Part shown: piece by piece, positions 17,152 to 27,004 of the stretch
How the letters are laid out: every line of letters starts with the position of its first letter
Numbering within the stretch: the stretch's first letter is position 1
Assembly: GCA_963836075.1 (NCBI GenBank)
Contig: CAWIIB010000009.1
Location: 448,001 to 512,000 of the forward strand
Direction: 5' to 3'
DNA length: 64,000 bases
Source of the DNA: an uncultured Acidobacteriota bacterium
GTDB lineage: Bacteria > Acidobacteriota > JAQAZP01
Notes under the pieces: model-generated
What the model was told of the DNA's origin: nothing
Databases searched by the model: none
The model's input: only the letters and a program-made list of their open reading frames with translations
Made by a program: the position numbers and the translations under genes

Positions 17152-18363
17152 CTAGACCGAGTCGAGCAGGTGCCCGAGCTTTTCTTTCTTGGTCCGCAGG
17201 TAGCGTTCGTTCTCTGCGCCGGGCGTGATCTCCACCGGCACGCGCTCGACGATCTCCAGGCCGTAGCCGGCCAGCGCGATGTACTTCCGCGGGTTGTTGG
17301 TCAGCAGGCGGATCCGCTTCAGCCCCAGCTTGCGCAGGATCTGCGCGCCGATGCCGTAGTCCCGCTGGTCGGCCTTGAAGCCGAGGTGCTCGTTTGCTTC
17401 CACCGTGTCCTCGCCCTGGTCCTGCAGCTCGTAGGCCTTGAGCTTGTTCAGCAGGCCGATACCGCGGCCCTCCTGGTTCATGTAGAGGAACACACCCCGT
17501 TTCTCCTTGGCGATCATCGCCAGGGCCATGTCCATCTGGTCCCCGCAGTCGCAGCGCAGCGAACCGAACACGTCGCCGGTGAGGCAGCGCGAGTGCACGC
17601 GCACCAGCAGCGGGTCGTCGCTTTCGATGTCGCCCATGATCAGCGCCACGTGGTACACGCCGTCGATCACGCTCTCGTAGGCGGCGATGCGGAACTCGCC
17701 CGCCGGGGTGGGCAGTTTCGGCTCGGCCACCTTGCGGATGAAGGACTCGTGCTGCAGCCGGTACTCGATCAGGTCGGCCACGGTGACCATCTTCAGCCCG
17801 TGCTCGGCGGCGAACGTCGCCAGCTGGGGCACGCGGGCCATGGTGCCGTCCTCGTTCATGATCTCGCAGATCACTCCGGCAGGAGTGAAGCCGGCCAGGC
17901 GGGCCAGGTCCACCGCGGCCTCGGTCTGCCCGGTGCGCTGCAGCACACCGCCAGGTTTGGCCCGCAAGGGGAACATGTGCCCCGGCCGGGCAAGGTCCGA
18001 GGGCCTGGTTGCGGGATCGACGGCAGTGAGCACGGTGGCCGCCCGGTCGGCGGCGGAGATGCCGGTGGTGACCTTGTAACGGGCCTCGATGGAGACGCAG
18101 AAGGCCGTCTCGTAGCGGCAGGTGTTGTCCTGCACCATCGGCCGCAGTTCGAGCTGGTCACAGCGCTCCTCGGTCATCGGCAGGCAGATCAGCCCGCGGC
18201 CGTGGCGGGCCATGAAGTTGATCACCTCCGGAGTGACCTTTGCCGCGGCGATGGTCAGGTCGCCCTCGTTCTCGCGCTCCTCGTCATCGCAGACGATGAC
18301 CATTCTGCCGTTGCGGATGTCCTCGATGGCTTCTTCGATTGTGCTGAACGGACTGTCGTTCAT
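17152..18363 (-). CDS. ribBA: Bifunctional 3,4-dihydroxy-2-butanone-4-phosphate synthase / GTP cyclohydrolase II
   Basis: [74 protein letters not shown]. Confidence 0.98.
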   Translation of the reverse strand: MNDSPFSTIEEAIEDIRNGRMVIVCDDEERENEGDLTIAAAKVTPEVINFMARHGRGLICLPMTEERCDQLELRPMVQDNTCRYETAFCVSIEARYKVTTGISAADRAATVLTAVDPATRPSDLARPGHMFPLRAKPGGVLQRTGQTEAAVDLARLAGFTPAGVICEIMNEDGTMARVPQLATFAAEHGLKMVTVADLIEYRLQHESFIRKVAEPKLPTPAGEFRIAAYESVIDGVYHVALIMGDIESDDPLLVRVHSRCLTGDVFGSLRCDCGDQMDMALAMIAKEKRGVFLYMNQEGRGIGLLNKLKAYELQDQGEDTVEANEHLGFKADQRDYGIGAQILRKLGLKRIRLLTNNPRKYIALAGYGLEIVERVPVEITPGAENERYLRTKKEKLGHLLDSV

Positions 18364-18716
18364 CGCATCGGCCTGCTCCATTCCGCTATCGTGCGTGACG
18401 AACGATGGGTCACGGGTGTGATGTCCCGGACCGGGTGACGGTCTCGGCGATACCAACGACGCGGGGGTTTTCACAGTTGAACGCAAAAATCACGTTCGAA
18501 AAAGCGTACATGGCAACCCGCAGCCTGTCAAGAAAGACGATGACCTGGATCGCCGACAGGTTAATTCTTGTCAGGTCGGAGATATCCACCTATACTTATA
18601 AAAAAGTGTTTTCTATTCAGTACGACAATGTGCAGCTGGACTGTGAAGTTGACCTTCACCGATGAGATCGTGGCGCCCTGAAAAAAAAGGCCGCTCGCAA
18701 CTGTCTAAAGAAATCA

Positions 18717-20177
18717 ATGGCTGACCTGCTGCTGGTAAACCCGCTGTTTCTCGAGCAGGACCCGATGGAACAGCGCCTGATGACGCCCTACTATCCCCTG
18801 GGGCTGCTCTACCTCGCCGGGGTTGCCCGCGACGCCGGCTACGACGTGGCGCTGTTCGACTGCACCTTCGACAAGGACGAGCAGCGGTTCATCGAGACGC
18901 TCGAGCGGGACCGCCCCGCCGTGGTGGGCTTGAGCATCCTGACCACCGTGCGCCGGCAGGCGCTGCGGCTGGCCGGGCTGGCCCGGGCGCGCGGCGCCAC
19001 GGTGATCGTGGGCGGGGCCGACCCCACCGGACGCCCCGAAACCTACCTCGAGCACGAGGCGGATGGACGGCGGGTGGTGGACATCGTCGTCATGGGCGAG
19101 GGGGAGCAGACGTTCACCGAGTTGCTGCCGGTCATCACCCGGGACGAGTGGGCCACCGCCGACCTCGCCGGCGTGGCCGGGCTGGCCTTCATCGGCGGGG
19201 ACGGCGCCGTCCAGCGCACGGCCCCGCGGCCGAAAATCAGCGACCTGGACCAGCTGCCGGCCCCGGCCCGGGACCTCCTCGACTTTGAGCCCCACCGGCG
19301 GGCCTGGCGCGAGCGGCACGGCTACTTCAGCCTGTCCCTCATCGCCACCCGGGGCTGCCCCTTCAACTGCAGCTGGTGCCAGCGCACGGTGTTCGGGCGC
19401 AGCTTCCGTCCCCGCTCCCCCCTGGCCGTGGCCGAGGAGATGCGGCGGCTGAAGGACGAGCAGCAGCCGGACCGCATCCGCATCGTGGACGACGTGATGG
19501 GCGTGGACCGCAACTGGGTGAGGGAATGGCGCGACGAGGTGGTCCGCCTCGACGCGGCGATACCGTTCGAGTGCCTCAGCCGCGCCGACCTGGTGACCGA
19601 CGAGCTGCTGGGGCAGCTGAAGGAGGCCGGGTGCTTCCGGGTCGCCTTCGGTGCCGAATCGGGGTCGCAGAAAGTGCTGGACGCGATGAACAAGGGGATC
19701 ACGGTGGCGCAGGTGCGGGAGGCGGCGAAGCTCTGCCGCCGGCACGGGCTGGAGTGCTACTTCTTCATCATGGTCGGCTACCCCGGCGAGGAGTGGGAGG
19801 ACATCCTGATGACCGTCGAGCTGCTCCAGGAGTGCCGGCCGGACCAGTTCAGTTCCACCATCGCCTACCCGCTGCCCGACACCACCTTTTTCGAGGAGGT
19901 CAAGGAGCAGCTGGTGGCCTCGCCCGACTGGGACTTCACCGCCGAGAACCGGCTGCTCTTCGAACGGCCCTACTCCTCGATGTTCTACCGCTGGGTCCTG
20001 AGGATGCTGAGCCGGCAGTGGCTGCTGGCCCGGATCCGTCACGGCGATCAGCGGGCCGGCCTGGTTAAGCGCCTCCGCACCAGGGCGGAAGCCCTCCTGG
20101 CCCGGACCGTGGTCGAAGTGCTCCGCCGGGTGCCCCGCCGGCCAGGGCAGCCGAAAACACTTTCCAGTGAATCCTGA
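18717..20177 (+). CDS. B12-binding radical SAM protein (class B methyltransferase-like)
   Basis: YPLGLLYLA, VGG..PT, GEGE.T, TRGCPFNCSWC (CxxxCxxC), GAESGSQ..LD.M.KG, G.PGE. Confidence 0.95.
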   Translation: MADLLLVNPLFLEQDPMEQRLMTPYYPLGLLYLAGVARDAGYDVALFDCTFDKDEQRFIETLERDRPAVVGLSILTTVRRQALRLAGLARARGATVIVGGADPTGRPETYLEHEADGRRVVDIVVMGEGEQTFTELLPVITRDEWATADLAGVAGLAFIGGDGAVQRTAPRPKISDLDQLPAPARDLLDFEPHRRAWRERHGYFSLSLIATRGCPFNCSWCQRTVFGRSFRPRSPLAVAEEMRRLKDEQQPDRIRIVDDVMGVDRNWVREWRDEVVRLDAAIPFECLSRADLVTDELLGQLKEAGCFRVAFGAESGSQKVLDAMNKGITVAQVREAAKLCRRHGLECYFFIMVGYPGEEWEDILMTVELLQECRPDQFSSTIAYPLPDTTFFEEVKEQLVASPDWDFTAENRLLFERPYSSMFYRWVLRMLSRQWLLARIRHGDQRAGLVKRLRTRAEALLARTVVEVLRRVPRRPGQPKTLSSES

Positions 20178-20202
20178 CCCGTGACGATGGTGTGATCCGC
20201 GA

Positions 20203-21522
20203 ATGGCAAACCGCTCCTGCAAGACGCTTCTGCTGCTGCTGGCCGCCCTGACCCTTTCCACCGGCTGCCGCCCAGCACTGCAGGAGGCGACGGAAATCGA
20301 ACCGGGCCACTGGTTCAAGCCGACCTCGGCAGCGGTGATCTCCTCGCCGTTGGCCCACGACTTCGACGGCGACGGGGTCAGGGAAATCTGTGTCGGCAGT
20401 TGGGACGGCCACTGCTACCTGCTGGACCACCGGCTGGCCGACCGGCCCGGCTGGCCGCACTACATCCGCCGCGGCTACTTCTCCTCCCCTGCCCTCGGCG
20501 ACCTCGATGGTGACGGCACGCCGGAGATCCTCATCGGCTCCGACGCGGGAAAGCTGTTCGCCTGGACCGCCGCCGGCAAGGCCTCGCCAGGCTTTCCGGT
20601 CACCCTGCGCGCACGCATCTGGGCCACGCCCACGGTGCTGGACGACGGCCGCATCGCCATCGGGGACGAGGAACAGCTGCTCGTGCTGCAGGCCGGCGGC
20701 CGTCCGGCGGCGGGGTGGCCCCGGCCGGTTCGCGGCTGGCCCGACGCCACGGTGGCCTGCGTCCCGGGGCTGCTGGCGGTGACCACCCTGACCCCCGGGC
20801 GGGAAACGGGAGGCTGGCTCCACGCCTTCCGCGAGAACGGCGAACCGCTGCCTGGGTTCCCCGTCGAGCTCGACCGGGACAGCGACTCGTCGCCGGTCAT
20901 CGCCGACCTCGACGGGGACGGGCAGTGGTGGATCATCTTCGGCGACGACGACGGCTGGCTCCACGCGGTGGACACCGGCGCCCGCGAGCGGCCCGGCTTC
21001 CCGGTGCGCACGCTGGGCGGGCGGGACGACCTGCCGCCGTCACCGGCCAGCGACGGCGGGACGATCCACAGCATCGAAGCCACCCCGGCGGTGGCCGACA
21101 TCGACGGCGACGGGCGGCTGGACATCGCCGCCGGCGCCTGGGATGGCCGGATGTACGTCTGGGACGCCGACGGCCGGCCCCTGCCGGGGTGGCCGAAGGA
21201 CGTCGGCGACCAGATCATCTCCTCGGCGGCGCTGGTGGACCTCGACGGCGATGACCGGCTGGACATCGTGGTGGGCTCCAAGGACCACCACCTCCATGGC
21301 TGGACCGCGACCGGGAGCCCGCTCCCCGGGTTCCCCCGTGACCTGGGGGACTACGTCTTCTCCTCGCCGTGGGTCGGCGACCTCGAGGGGAACGGCCTGG
21401 CCGACATCGTCGTCGGCGCCAATAACGGGATCCACCTGCTGGCCGACGTGGCCCCCCTCGGCCGCCGCGCCTGGCCGATGTTCCACCGCGATCCCCGGCG
21501 GACGGGAGGGGTGGTGCCGTGA
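20203..21522 (+). CDS. FG-GAP-repeat beta-propeller lipoprotein
   Basis: Lipobox LSTG-C; repeats of SSP...DLDGDG..EI..G..DG.L.AW...G..LPG(F/W)P. Confidence 0.9.
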   Translation: MANRSCKTLLLLLAALTLSTGCRPALQEATEIEPGHWFKPTSAAVISSPLAHDFDGDGVREICVGSWDGHCYLLDHRLADRPGWPHYIRRGYFSSPALGDLDGDGTPEILIGSDAGKLFAWTAAGKASPGFPVTLRARIWATPTVLDDGRIAIGDEEQLLVLQAGGRPAAGWPRPVRGWPDATVACVPGLLAVTTLTPGRETGGWLHAFRENGEPLPGFPVELDRDSDSSPVIADLDGDGQWWIIFGDDDGWLHAVDTGARERPGFPVRTLGGRDDLPPSPASDGGTIHSIEATPAVADIDGDGRLDIAAGAWDGRMYVWDADGRPLPGWPKDVGDQIISSAALVDLDGDDRLDIVVGSKDHHLHGWTATGSPLPGFPRDLGDYVFSSPWVGDLEGNGLADIVVGANNGIHLLADVAPLGRRAWPMFHRDPRRTGGVVP

Positions 21523-22367
21523 GCCGGAAGCAGCGCCTTCTTCTCTGGCTGGCGATTGCCGCAGTGGTCTTGCCGCTGGCCTGGCTGGCCGCGGCGGAGC
21601 TGGTCGAACCCCACCTCCTGCTCAAGGCCGGCGCCCGGCTGCGCCCGGGGCCGCCACCCCTCGAAGTGCCGGCGCCGGGCGGGACCAGCCTGCGCCTCTA
21701 CGATGACACTCGCCCGTATATCGGCAAGATCTCCGGCGTGCAGAAGGGGCTGGTCTGGGTCGCCGAAGGCCGGGAGCTGATCGAGGAAGGCTTCGGGTTC
21801 GGCTGCCCGATCATCGAAGCGGCGGGCCAGGCCCACCTCTCGCGGGAGGCGACCACGGAACTGGAAGAGCGGGACGGCGCGATGCGGCTGGTGAAGCGCT
21901 ACCGCATCGACACCGTCGACCGGCCGGTCCAGCTCTTCCGGCGAAAGTACGCCCCGGTGCCCCCCCGGGGAACGGTGGCCTTCCGCTACGACGTGTACCC
22001 CAACGGGACCATTGAGGTGGAAGTCGACTTCACCGGGCTGCAGGGGGCCTGGCAAAAGGCCTTCGTGATGAACGAGCAGGGGGCCCGGCACTTCACCCGG
22101 TACACGGACGGCCAGCGCACCGTGGAGGGCGCGCAGATCGGCATCTGGCAGCCGACGGATGCCGCCGGCGGCTGCTTCGCCAGCGCCGACGGCCGCCACC
22201 GGTTCTGTATCGAGACACACGATCCGGCGAAACAGGTCTACGGCCGCGAGCGCTACACCCAGCGGGTGTGGCGCGGGCTCTACGTGCTCTCCTGGTCCGG
22301 CGTCGACCTCGAGCTCGACGGTCCCCGGGACCGGTTCCGCTACCGCATCACGTTGGAGGCGCGATGA
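21519..22367 (+). CDS. Membrane-anchored hypothetical protein
   Basis: N-terminal TM; 4-bp overlaps with both neighbours; beta-rich sequence; no family recognised. Confidence 0.75.
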   Translation: MSRKQRLLLWLAIAAVVLPLAWLAAAELVEPHLLLKAGARLRPGPPPLEVPAPGGTSLRLYDDTRPYIGKISGVQKGLVWVAEGRELIEEGFGFGCPIIEAAGQAHLSREATTELEERDGAMRLVKRYRIDTVDRPVQLFRRKYAPVPPRGTVAFRYDVYPNGTIEVEVDFTGLQGAWQKAFVMNEQGARHFTRYTDGQRTVEGAQIGIWQPTDAAGGCFASADGRHRFCIETHDPAKQVYGRERYTQRVWRGLYVLSWSGVDLELDGPRDRFRYRITLEAR

Positions 22368-23854
22368 ACAGGGACCTGTCGCTCCGGCAAAGCCGCTGGC
22401 TGCTGATCGCCGTCATCGCCGCGGCCGCCGTGCTCCGCTTCTGGCACATCGGGGCTCCAGGGCTCACCGGCGACGAGAGCTACTACTGGCTCTGGTCGGA
22501 GCACCTCGACCTCTCCTACCACGACCACCCCTGGGGCGTGGCGCTGCTGATCCGCCTGAGCACGCTGCTCGGCGGCTCCAGCGAGGCCGGTGTCCGCTGG
22601 CTCAACGCCCTGCTCGGCGTGGGCGCGGTCCTGCTCGTCCACCGGCTGGGGCGCCGCCTCTTCTCCCCGGCGGCCGGCCTGCTCGCCGCCGCCATCGTCG
22701 CCGTCGGCGCGCCATACCTGATCACCGCGCGGTTCGTCTTCACCGACGCCCTGCAGCTGATCATCCTGCTGGCCAACCTCCACTTCCTCGTCCCGCTGCT
22801 GGCCGAGGAGCCGTCCCCGCGCGAGGGCCGGGCACTCTGGGGCGCCGCCATCACCATGGCCCTGTTGTTCAACACCAAGTACAGCGCCTACGTCTACGCC
22901 GTGGCCGTACTCGTGCTCATCATCTGGAACCGGCCCGGCCTGCTGCGCGCCCGGCGCACCTGGCTGGCCGCCGGCGTGGCGCTTACCGGGCTGGCGCCCA
23001 CGCTGATCTGGAACGCGACCCACGACTGGACGTCCTTCCGCTGGCAGATCCACCACTTCACCTCCACCTCCCTCACCGAGACCCCGGCGCTGATACGCAT
23101 GGTGCACCTGGCCGACTACCTCACCCTGCCCGTGGCGCTGTTCGCCCTGATCGGCTGCATCGGCCCGCTGGACCGCCGCCGCCGGCTGCTGCTGGTCCCC
23201 GCCGCCCTGCTGGTGCTGCCGGTGGCCCTGGGCCCGGCGGACAGCCCGCGCAACGTCACCAGCGGTTTCGTCCTGCTGATCGTCCTCGCCGCCGGCACGG
23301 TGCTGCGCTGGTACCAGGCCGACCGCAAGCGGCCGGTCATCGCCCTGGCCATCGCCGCCATCGGCGCCACTGCCGTCATCGGCGCGGGCACGGTGCGGGC
23401 CACCCTGCAACCCACTGCCTGGCCGCACAGCCCGGTGGCCCGGGCGGTGCGTCTGGACGGCAGCGGCTGGGACCGGGTGGATGAGCTGGGCCTCGACGGT
23501 TCGCACACCGTGTTCGCCATCGACTACAGCCTCGCCGGCCAGCTGCGCTACTACACCGGTCTGCCGGTGCACACCTCCTGGCCGCAGTTCCGGCTGTGGG
23601 ACGCCATGGACCTGGACGACGTGACGATGATCAGCCTGACCTTCGTCGATCCGGACCTGGTCTCCTCGCGGCTCGGGAATTCCTTCGGCCGGTTCTCCGG
23701 CCCCCGGGAGCTGGTCCTCGGCGAGGGCCGTGAGCGGCGGGCATTCCACATCTGGCGCGCCCGGGATTGCCTGGTGGACGAGCCGTCATTCATCCAGTCC
23801 TTCGACCTGATCAACCTGGTCCGCGAAGGACAATCGGGCGCGGAAGATGGGTGA
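22364..23854 (+). CDS. GT-C glycosyltransferase (ArnT/PMT-like)
   Basis: L.GDE.YYW.WS..L..SY.DHP, TDA, TKY, PTLIWNA.HDW.SF.WQ; about 11 TMs. Confidence 0.9.
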   Translation: MNRDLSLRQSRWLLIAVIAAAAVLRFWHIGAPGLTGDESYYWLWSEHLDLSYHDHPWGVALLIRLSTLLGGSSEAGVRWLNALLGVGAVLLVHRLGRRLFSPAAGLLAAAIVAVGAPYLITARFVFTDALQLIILLANLHFLVPLLAEEPSPREGRALWGAAITMALLFNTKYSAYVYAVAVLVLIIWNRPGLLRARRTWLAAGVALTGLAPTLIWNATHDWTSFRWQIHHFTSTSLTETPALIRMVHLADYLTLPVALFALIGCIGPLDRRRRLLLVPAALLVLPVALGPADSPRNVTSGFVLLIVLAAGTVLRWYQADRKRPVIALAIAAIGATAVIGAGTVRATLQPTAWPHSPVARAVRLDGSGWDRVDELGLDGSHTVFAIDYSLAGQLRYYTGLPVHTSWPQFRLWDAMDLDDVTMISLTFVDPDLVSSRLGNSFGRFSGPRELVLGEGRERRAFHIWRARDCLVDEPSFIQSFDLINLVREGQSGAEDG

Positions 23855-25181
23855 CCGGATGGACCACAAACCGGCCGGCAGCTGGTGGCGCGCCATCCAG
23901 GACAACACCCCGGTCCGTATCGGCAAGAACTCCATCTCGCTGCTCTCCGGGCAGCTGGGCACCTATATCCTCGCCCTGGTGCTGGCCGGCCAGCTGATGC
24001 GGACCGTGGGCGCGGAGGGGCTGGGGCGCTACCTGGTGGCCCTGACCATCGAACTGATCGTCCTGATGATCGCCGACCTGGGGCTGGGCATCTACACCAC
24101 GCGCGAGCTGGCCCGGGACCAGCCGGCCGCAGAGGCGGCATCGCTGTGGGCCACGGTGCTCACCCTGCGACTCGTCGCAGTGGTCATCGCGGTGATCGCG
24201 CTCAACGGCATCGTGGCGCCGGTCTTTTTTCCCGGCCCGTGGCAGCGGTTGATCGCCATCGTCTCCCTGGCCATCGCGCCCGACTCCTTCAACAGTGCCG
24301 TCGGCGCCCTGGTCAAGGCCTACCGGCGGATGGAAGTGTTCAGCCTGATCACCCTGGCCGCCCGGGCCCTGGGCACCGGCGCCGGGGTGCTCCTGCTCAT
24401 CGCCGGGAAAGACGAATCGGCGGTGCTGCTGGCCTACGCGGCCGCCAGCGGTGCGGGATCGCTGGCCTACGCGGTCTTGCTGCGCCGCTGGCGAGTCGGC
24501 GCCCGCTGGTCCGCGGTGGGCGTCCGCTGGCGGCCGGTGCTCAGACAATCGGTCCCCTTCGCCCTCACCGGCATCTGCGCCATGCTGCAGCGGCGGGTCG
24601 GTCTGCTCCTGCTGGCATCCTGGCAGGGGGATGCGGCGGCCGGCCTGTTCGGCGCCGCCCACCGGCTGTGGGAAGCCATGGGCATCCTGCCGGCCTGCCT
24701 GCTCGACGCGCTGTTCCCCGAGATGTCGAGGCTGGGCACCGGCGAGGCGGGCCGGCTGGCGCTGCGGCGGTTCCGGCGGCAGGGGCGCCGGCTGATGCTG
24801 GCGCTCTCCGCACTGCTGGTCCTGCCCGGCCTGCTGGTGGCCCCCGCGCTGGTCGACCTGATCTTCGGCGCGTCGGCCACCGCCGGCTCGGCCCAGAACC
24901 TCTTCCGGCTGCTCCTGCTCTGCCTGCCGTTCACCGCGCTCTGCATGCTCAACGGACACGTGCTCTACGTGCTGGGGCGCCAGCGGCAGGTCACCGTGGC
25001 CATGGCTGCCACGACCCTCACAGGCATCGCGCTCTATGTGGTCTTCATCCCCGCCTGGAGCGCCTGGGGCACCGCCGCCGTGCTGGGCTTCACCGAGATT
25101 CTGCTCTGGGCCCTGCTCGCCCTGCTGGCCGCCCGGGCCCTGCCGCGCCGCGAGGTCTCCGCTTCAGGGCCTCGACCCTGA
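23847..25181 (+). CDS. Wzx/MOP-family oligosaccharide flippase
   Basis: RIGKNS, R..GAEG.G.Y, ADLGL.....RELAR, AAG.F.AA.RL, LFP.MSR, FIP.W...G.A; 12 or more TMs. Confidence 0.88.
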   Translation: MGDRMDHKPAGSWWRAIQDNTPVRIGKNSISLLSGQLGTYILALVLAGQLMRTVGAEGLGRYLVALTIELIVLMIADLGLGIYTTRELARDQPAAEAASLWATVLTLRLVAVVIAVIALNGIVAPVFFPGPWQRLIAIVSLAIAPDSFNSAVGALVKAYRRMEVFSLITLAARALGTGAGVLLLIAGKDESAVLLAYAAASGAGSLAYAVLLRRWRVGARWSAVGVRWRPVLRQSVPFALTGICAMLQRRVGLLLLASWQGDAAAGLFGAAHRLWEAMGILPACLLDALFPEMSRLGTGEAGRLALRRFRRQGRRLMLALSALLVLPGLLVAPALVDLIFGASATAGSAQNLFRLLLLCLPFTALCMLNGHVLYVLGRQRQVTVAMAATTLTGIALYVVFIPAWSAWGTAAVLGFTEILLWALLALLAARALPRREVSASGPRP

Positions 25182-26964
25182 ACAGCCGCACACCGCGCAT
25201 CCGTTCCGCCGGCGCCAGGTCGAAGACCAGCATCATCTTGGCCAGCAGCTGCTCGCTGAGCCGGCCGTCGGGCCGCAGCACCAGGTAGACCGGCCGTCCG
25301 CGGGCCAGCGCGGTTCGGACCTGCTCCAGCCGCCAGCGGTCGGTGGTGAACAGCGGCTCCGTCCGGCCATCCCGACGCTCCAGCCCCACGAACAAGCGGA
25401 CATTCCTGCCGGCACGGAACAGCGGGCGCAGGACGTCACGGGGTTCCGGCGTGGTCCGGGCGAAGCGGGCCTGGGGCAGGGGCGGGCCATCGCCGCGCCA
25501 GCCGCGCAGCTGGAAGCGGAAAACGTGGCGGCCGTCGTTGTCCGAGAGCTGTATCCACTCGCGGCCGCCGCGGCCCTGCAGCCGCAACTCGGCCACCACC
25601 GGCGACATGTTGCCGACGATCAGGGCGCTGCCGGGCGTGGCCTGGAGCAGCCACTGGCTGTAGGGCATCCCGCCTTCTCCCCACCGCTCGCTCGCCGGCG
25701 CACCGGCGACACCGAACCCGAGCGGCGGCAGCAGGACGGCGGCACAGGCGAGGAGGGCCGCCGCCCGCACCGTGCGGCGCCAGCGGGCCCCGGCCGGACG
25801 GTGCCAGGCCAGCTGCAGCCCCTCGGCGGCCCAGAGGGCGGCCCAGGGGATGGCCACGATGATCAGCCGCACCTGGGCGCCGTAATAAAACTGCAGGAAG
25901 ACCAGCTGGACCAGCAGCATGGCGGCGCCGGCCGCGTGCAGGCCCCGCAGGCGGGCGCGGCGAGCGAGCAGCAGCAGGCCGGCGGCCGCCAGCAGGAACA
26001 CCGCCGGCGCGTAAAGCTGCTGCTCCGGCCCGTCGAAGATCATCCCGCCCAGCAGGGTGGCGTAGTAGTGCAGGTTGCCGAAAGTGGGATATTCCCTGCC
26101 GGCGACGAACTGCGGCCCGAAGAGTTCCGTCGCCGACCCGTATTGCTCGATCCAGTAGGAATAGCCGGTGGCCAGCGGGTCGCCGAAGTTGGCCTGGTTG
26201 AACAGCAGCTGCGGGACCAGGCAGACCGCGCACCCGGCGATAACGGGGAGCACGGCGGCAAGCGGCGGGAAGCGGCGGCCGCGGCGCTGCGGCCAGACCG
26301 CCGCGGCCAGCAGCACGGGGAGCAGGATGACCCCGACCACGCGCAGGGCCACGCTAAAGCCGGCGGCCGCCCCGGCGAGGAACAGCCTGGTCTTCACCAC
26401 CCGCCCTTCGGCCGGCGGGCCGGCAGGTAGGAGGAGGAAGATCAGCATGACCACGTTGAGGTAGGCCAGGTCGCTGAGCACCCGGAAGGAGAGATGAATG
26501 AGCTGCGGGGAGGTGGCGACGATGGCCGCGGCGAAGAGCGCGGCGCCCGGGCCGGCGCCCGCCCGCCGGGACAGGGCGTGGACGATGAGGACCAGCAGCA
26601 GCCCGAGGACGAAGTTGACCAGGTGGAAGCGGAGCTCCGGCAGGCCCGCCAGGTGGGCGCCGGCCAGCAGGGCCGGGAACCCGTAGGGATAGCGCGGCGG
26701 GTAGACGCCGCTGCCGATGGGCATCACCAGGCCGCGGCCCTCGGCGAGGGAGACGGCGGACGCGGTGTATTCGAGCGCGTCGGGGAAGGGCCGCGGGTCG
26801 AAGGAGCGGAAGGAAACGTGCTGCCACCGTATCCAGGCGGAGAAGAGGAGCAGCAGCGCCAGCAGCACGAGCCACCACCGGCCTGGCGCAGGGCCGGAGG
26901 CGTTTCCGCCCGCTGCACCGCTGCCCTGCTCCCGGCTCGGTCCTGAGGCTGGTTCGAGGGCCAT
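25090..26964 (-). CDS. Second GT-C-type glycosyltransferase (polytopic membrane protein)
   Basis: PDALEY...A..L..G.G, PPRYPYGFP.LLA, LSD, FN...FGDPLATGY, R.I...IP; its tail overlaps the convergent flippase by 92 bp. Confidence 0.75.
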   Translation of the reverse strand: MALEPASGPSREQGSGAAGGNASGPAPGRWWLVLLALLLLFSAWIRWQHVSFRSFDPRPFPDALEYTASAVSLAEGRGLVMPIGSGVYPPRYPYGFPALLAGAHLAGLPELRFHLVNFVLGLLLVLIVHALSRRAGAGPGAALFAAAIVATSPQLIHLSFRVLSDLAYLNVVMLIFLLLPAGPPAEGRVVKTRLFLAGAAAGFSVALRVVGVILLPVLLAAAVWPQRRGRRFPPLAAVLPVIAGCAVCLVPQLLFNQANFGDPLATGYSYWIEQYGSATELFGPQFVAGREYPTFGNLHYYATLLGGMIFDGPEQQLYAPAVFLLAAAGLLLLARRARLRGLHAAGAAMLLVQLVFLQFYYGAQVRLIIVAIPWAALWAAEGLQLAWHRPAGARWRRTVRAAALLACAAVLLPPLGFGVAGAPASERWGEGGMPYSQWLLQATPGSALIVGNMSPVVAELRLQGRGGREWIQLSDNDGRHVFRFQLRGWRGDGPPLPQARFARTTPEPRDVLRPLFRAGRNVRLFVGLERRDGRTEPLFTTDRWRLEQVRTALARGRPVYLVLRPDGRLSEQLLAKMMLVFDLAPAERMRGVRLFRVEALKRRPRGAAGPGRPAGRAGPRAESR

Positions 26965-27004
26965 GGCCGTCTCCCGATCGGTTTCCCTGCGCCCCGGACG
27001 CGGT

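Noticed and set aside
18364-18560. FMN riboswitch upstream of ribBA
   Set aside because: Only vague resemblance; the conserved RFN blocks are not present. An Infernal RF00050 search would settle it.
25090-25181. 92-bp convergent overlap as a functional antisense system
   Set aside because: The overlapping tail is low-complexity run-on, common in very high-GC DNA.
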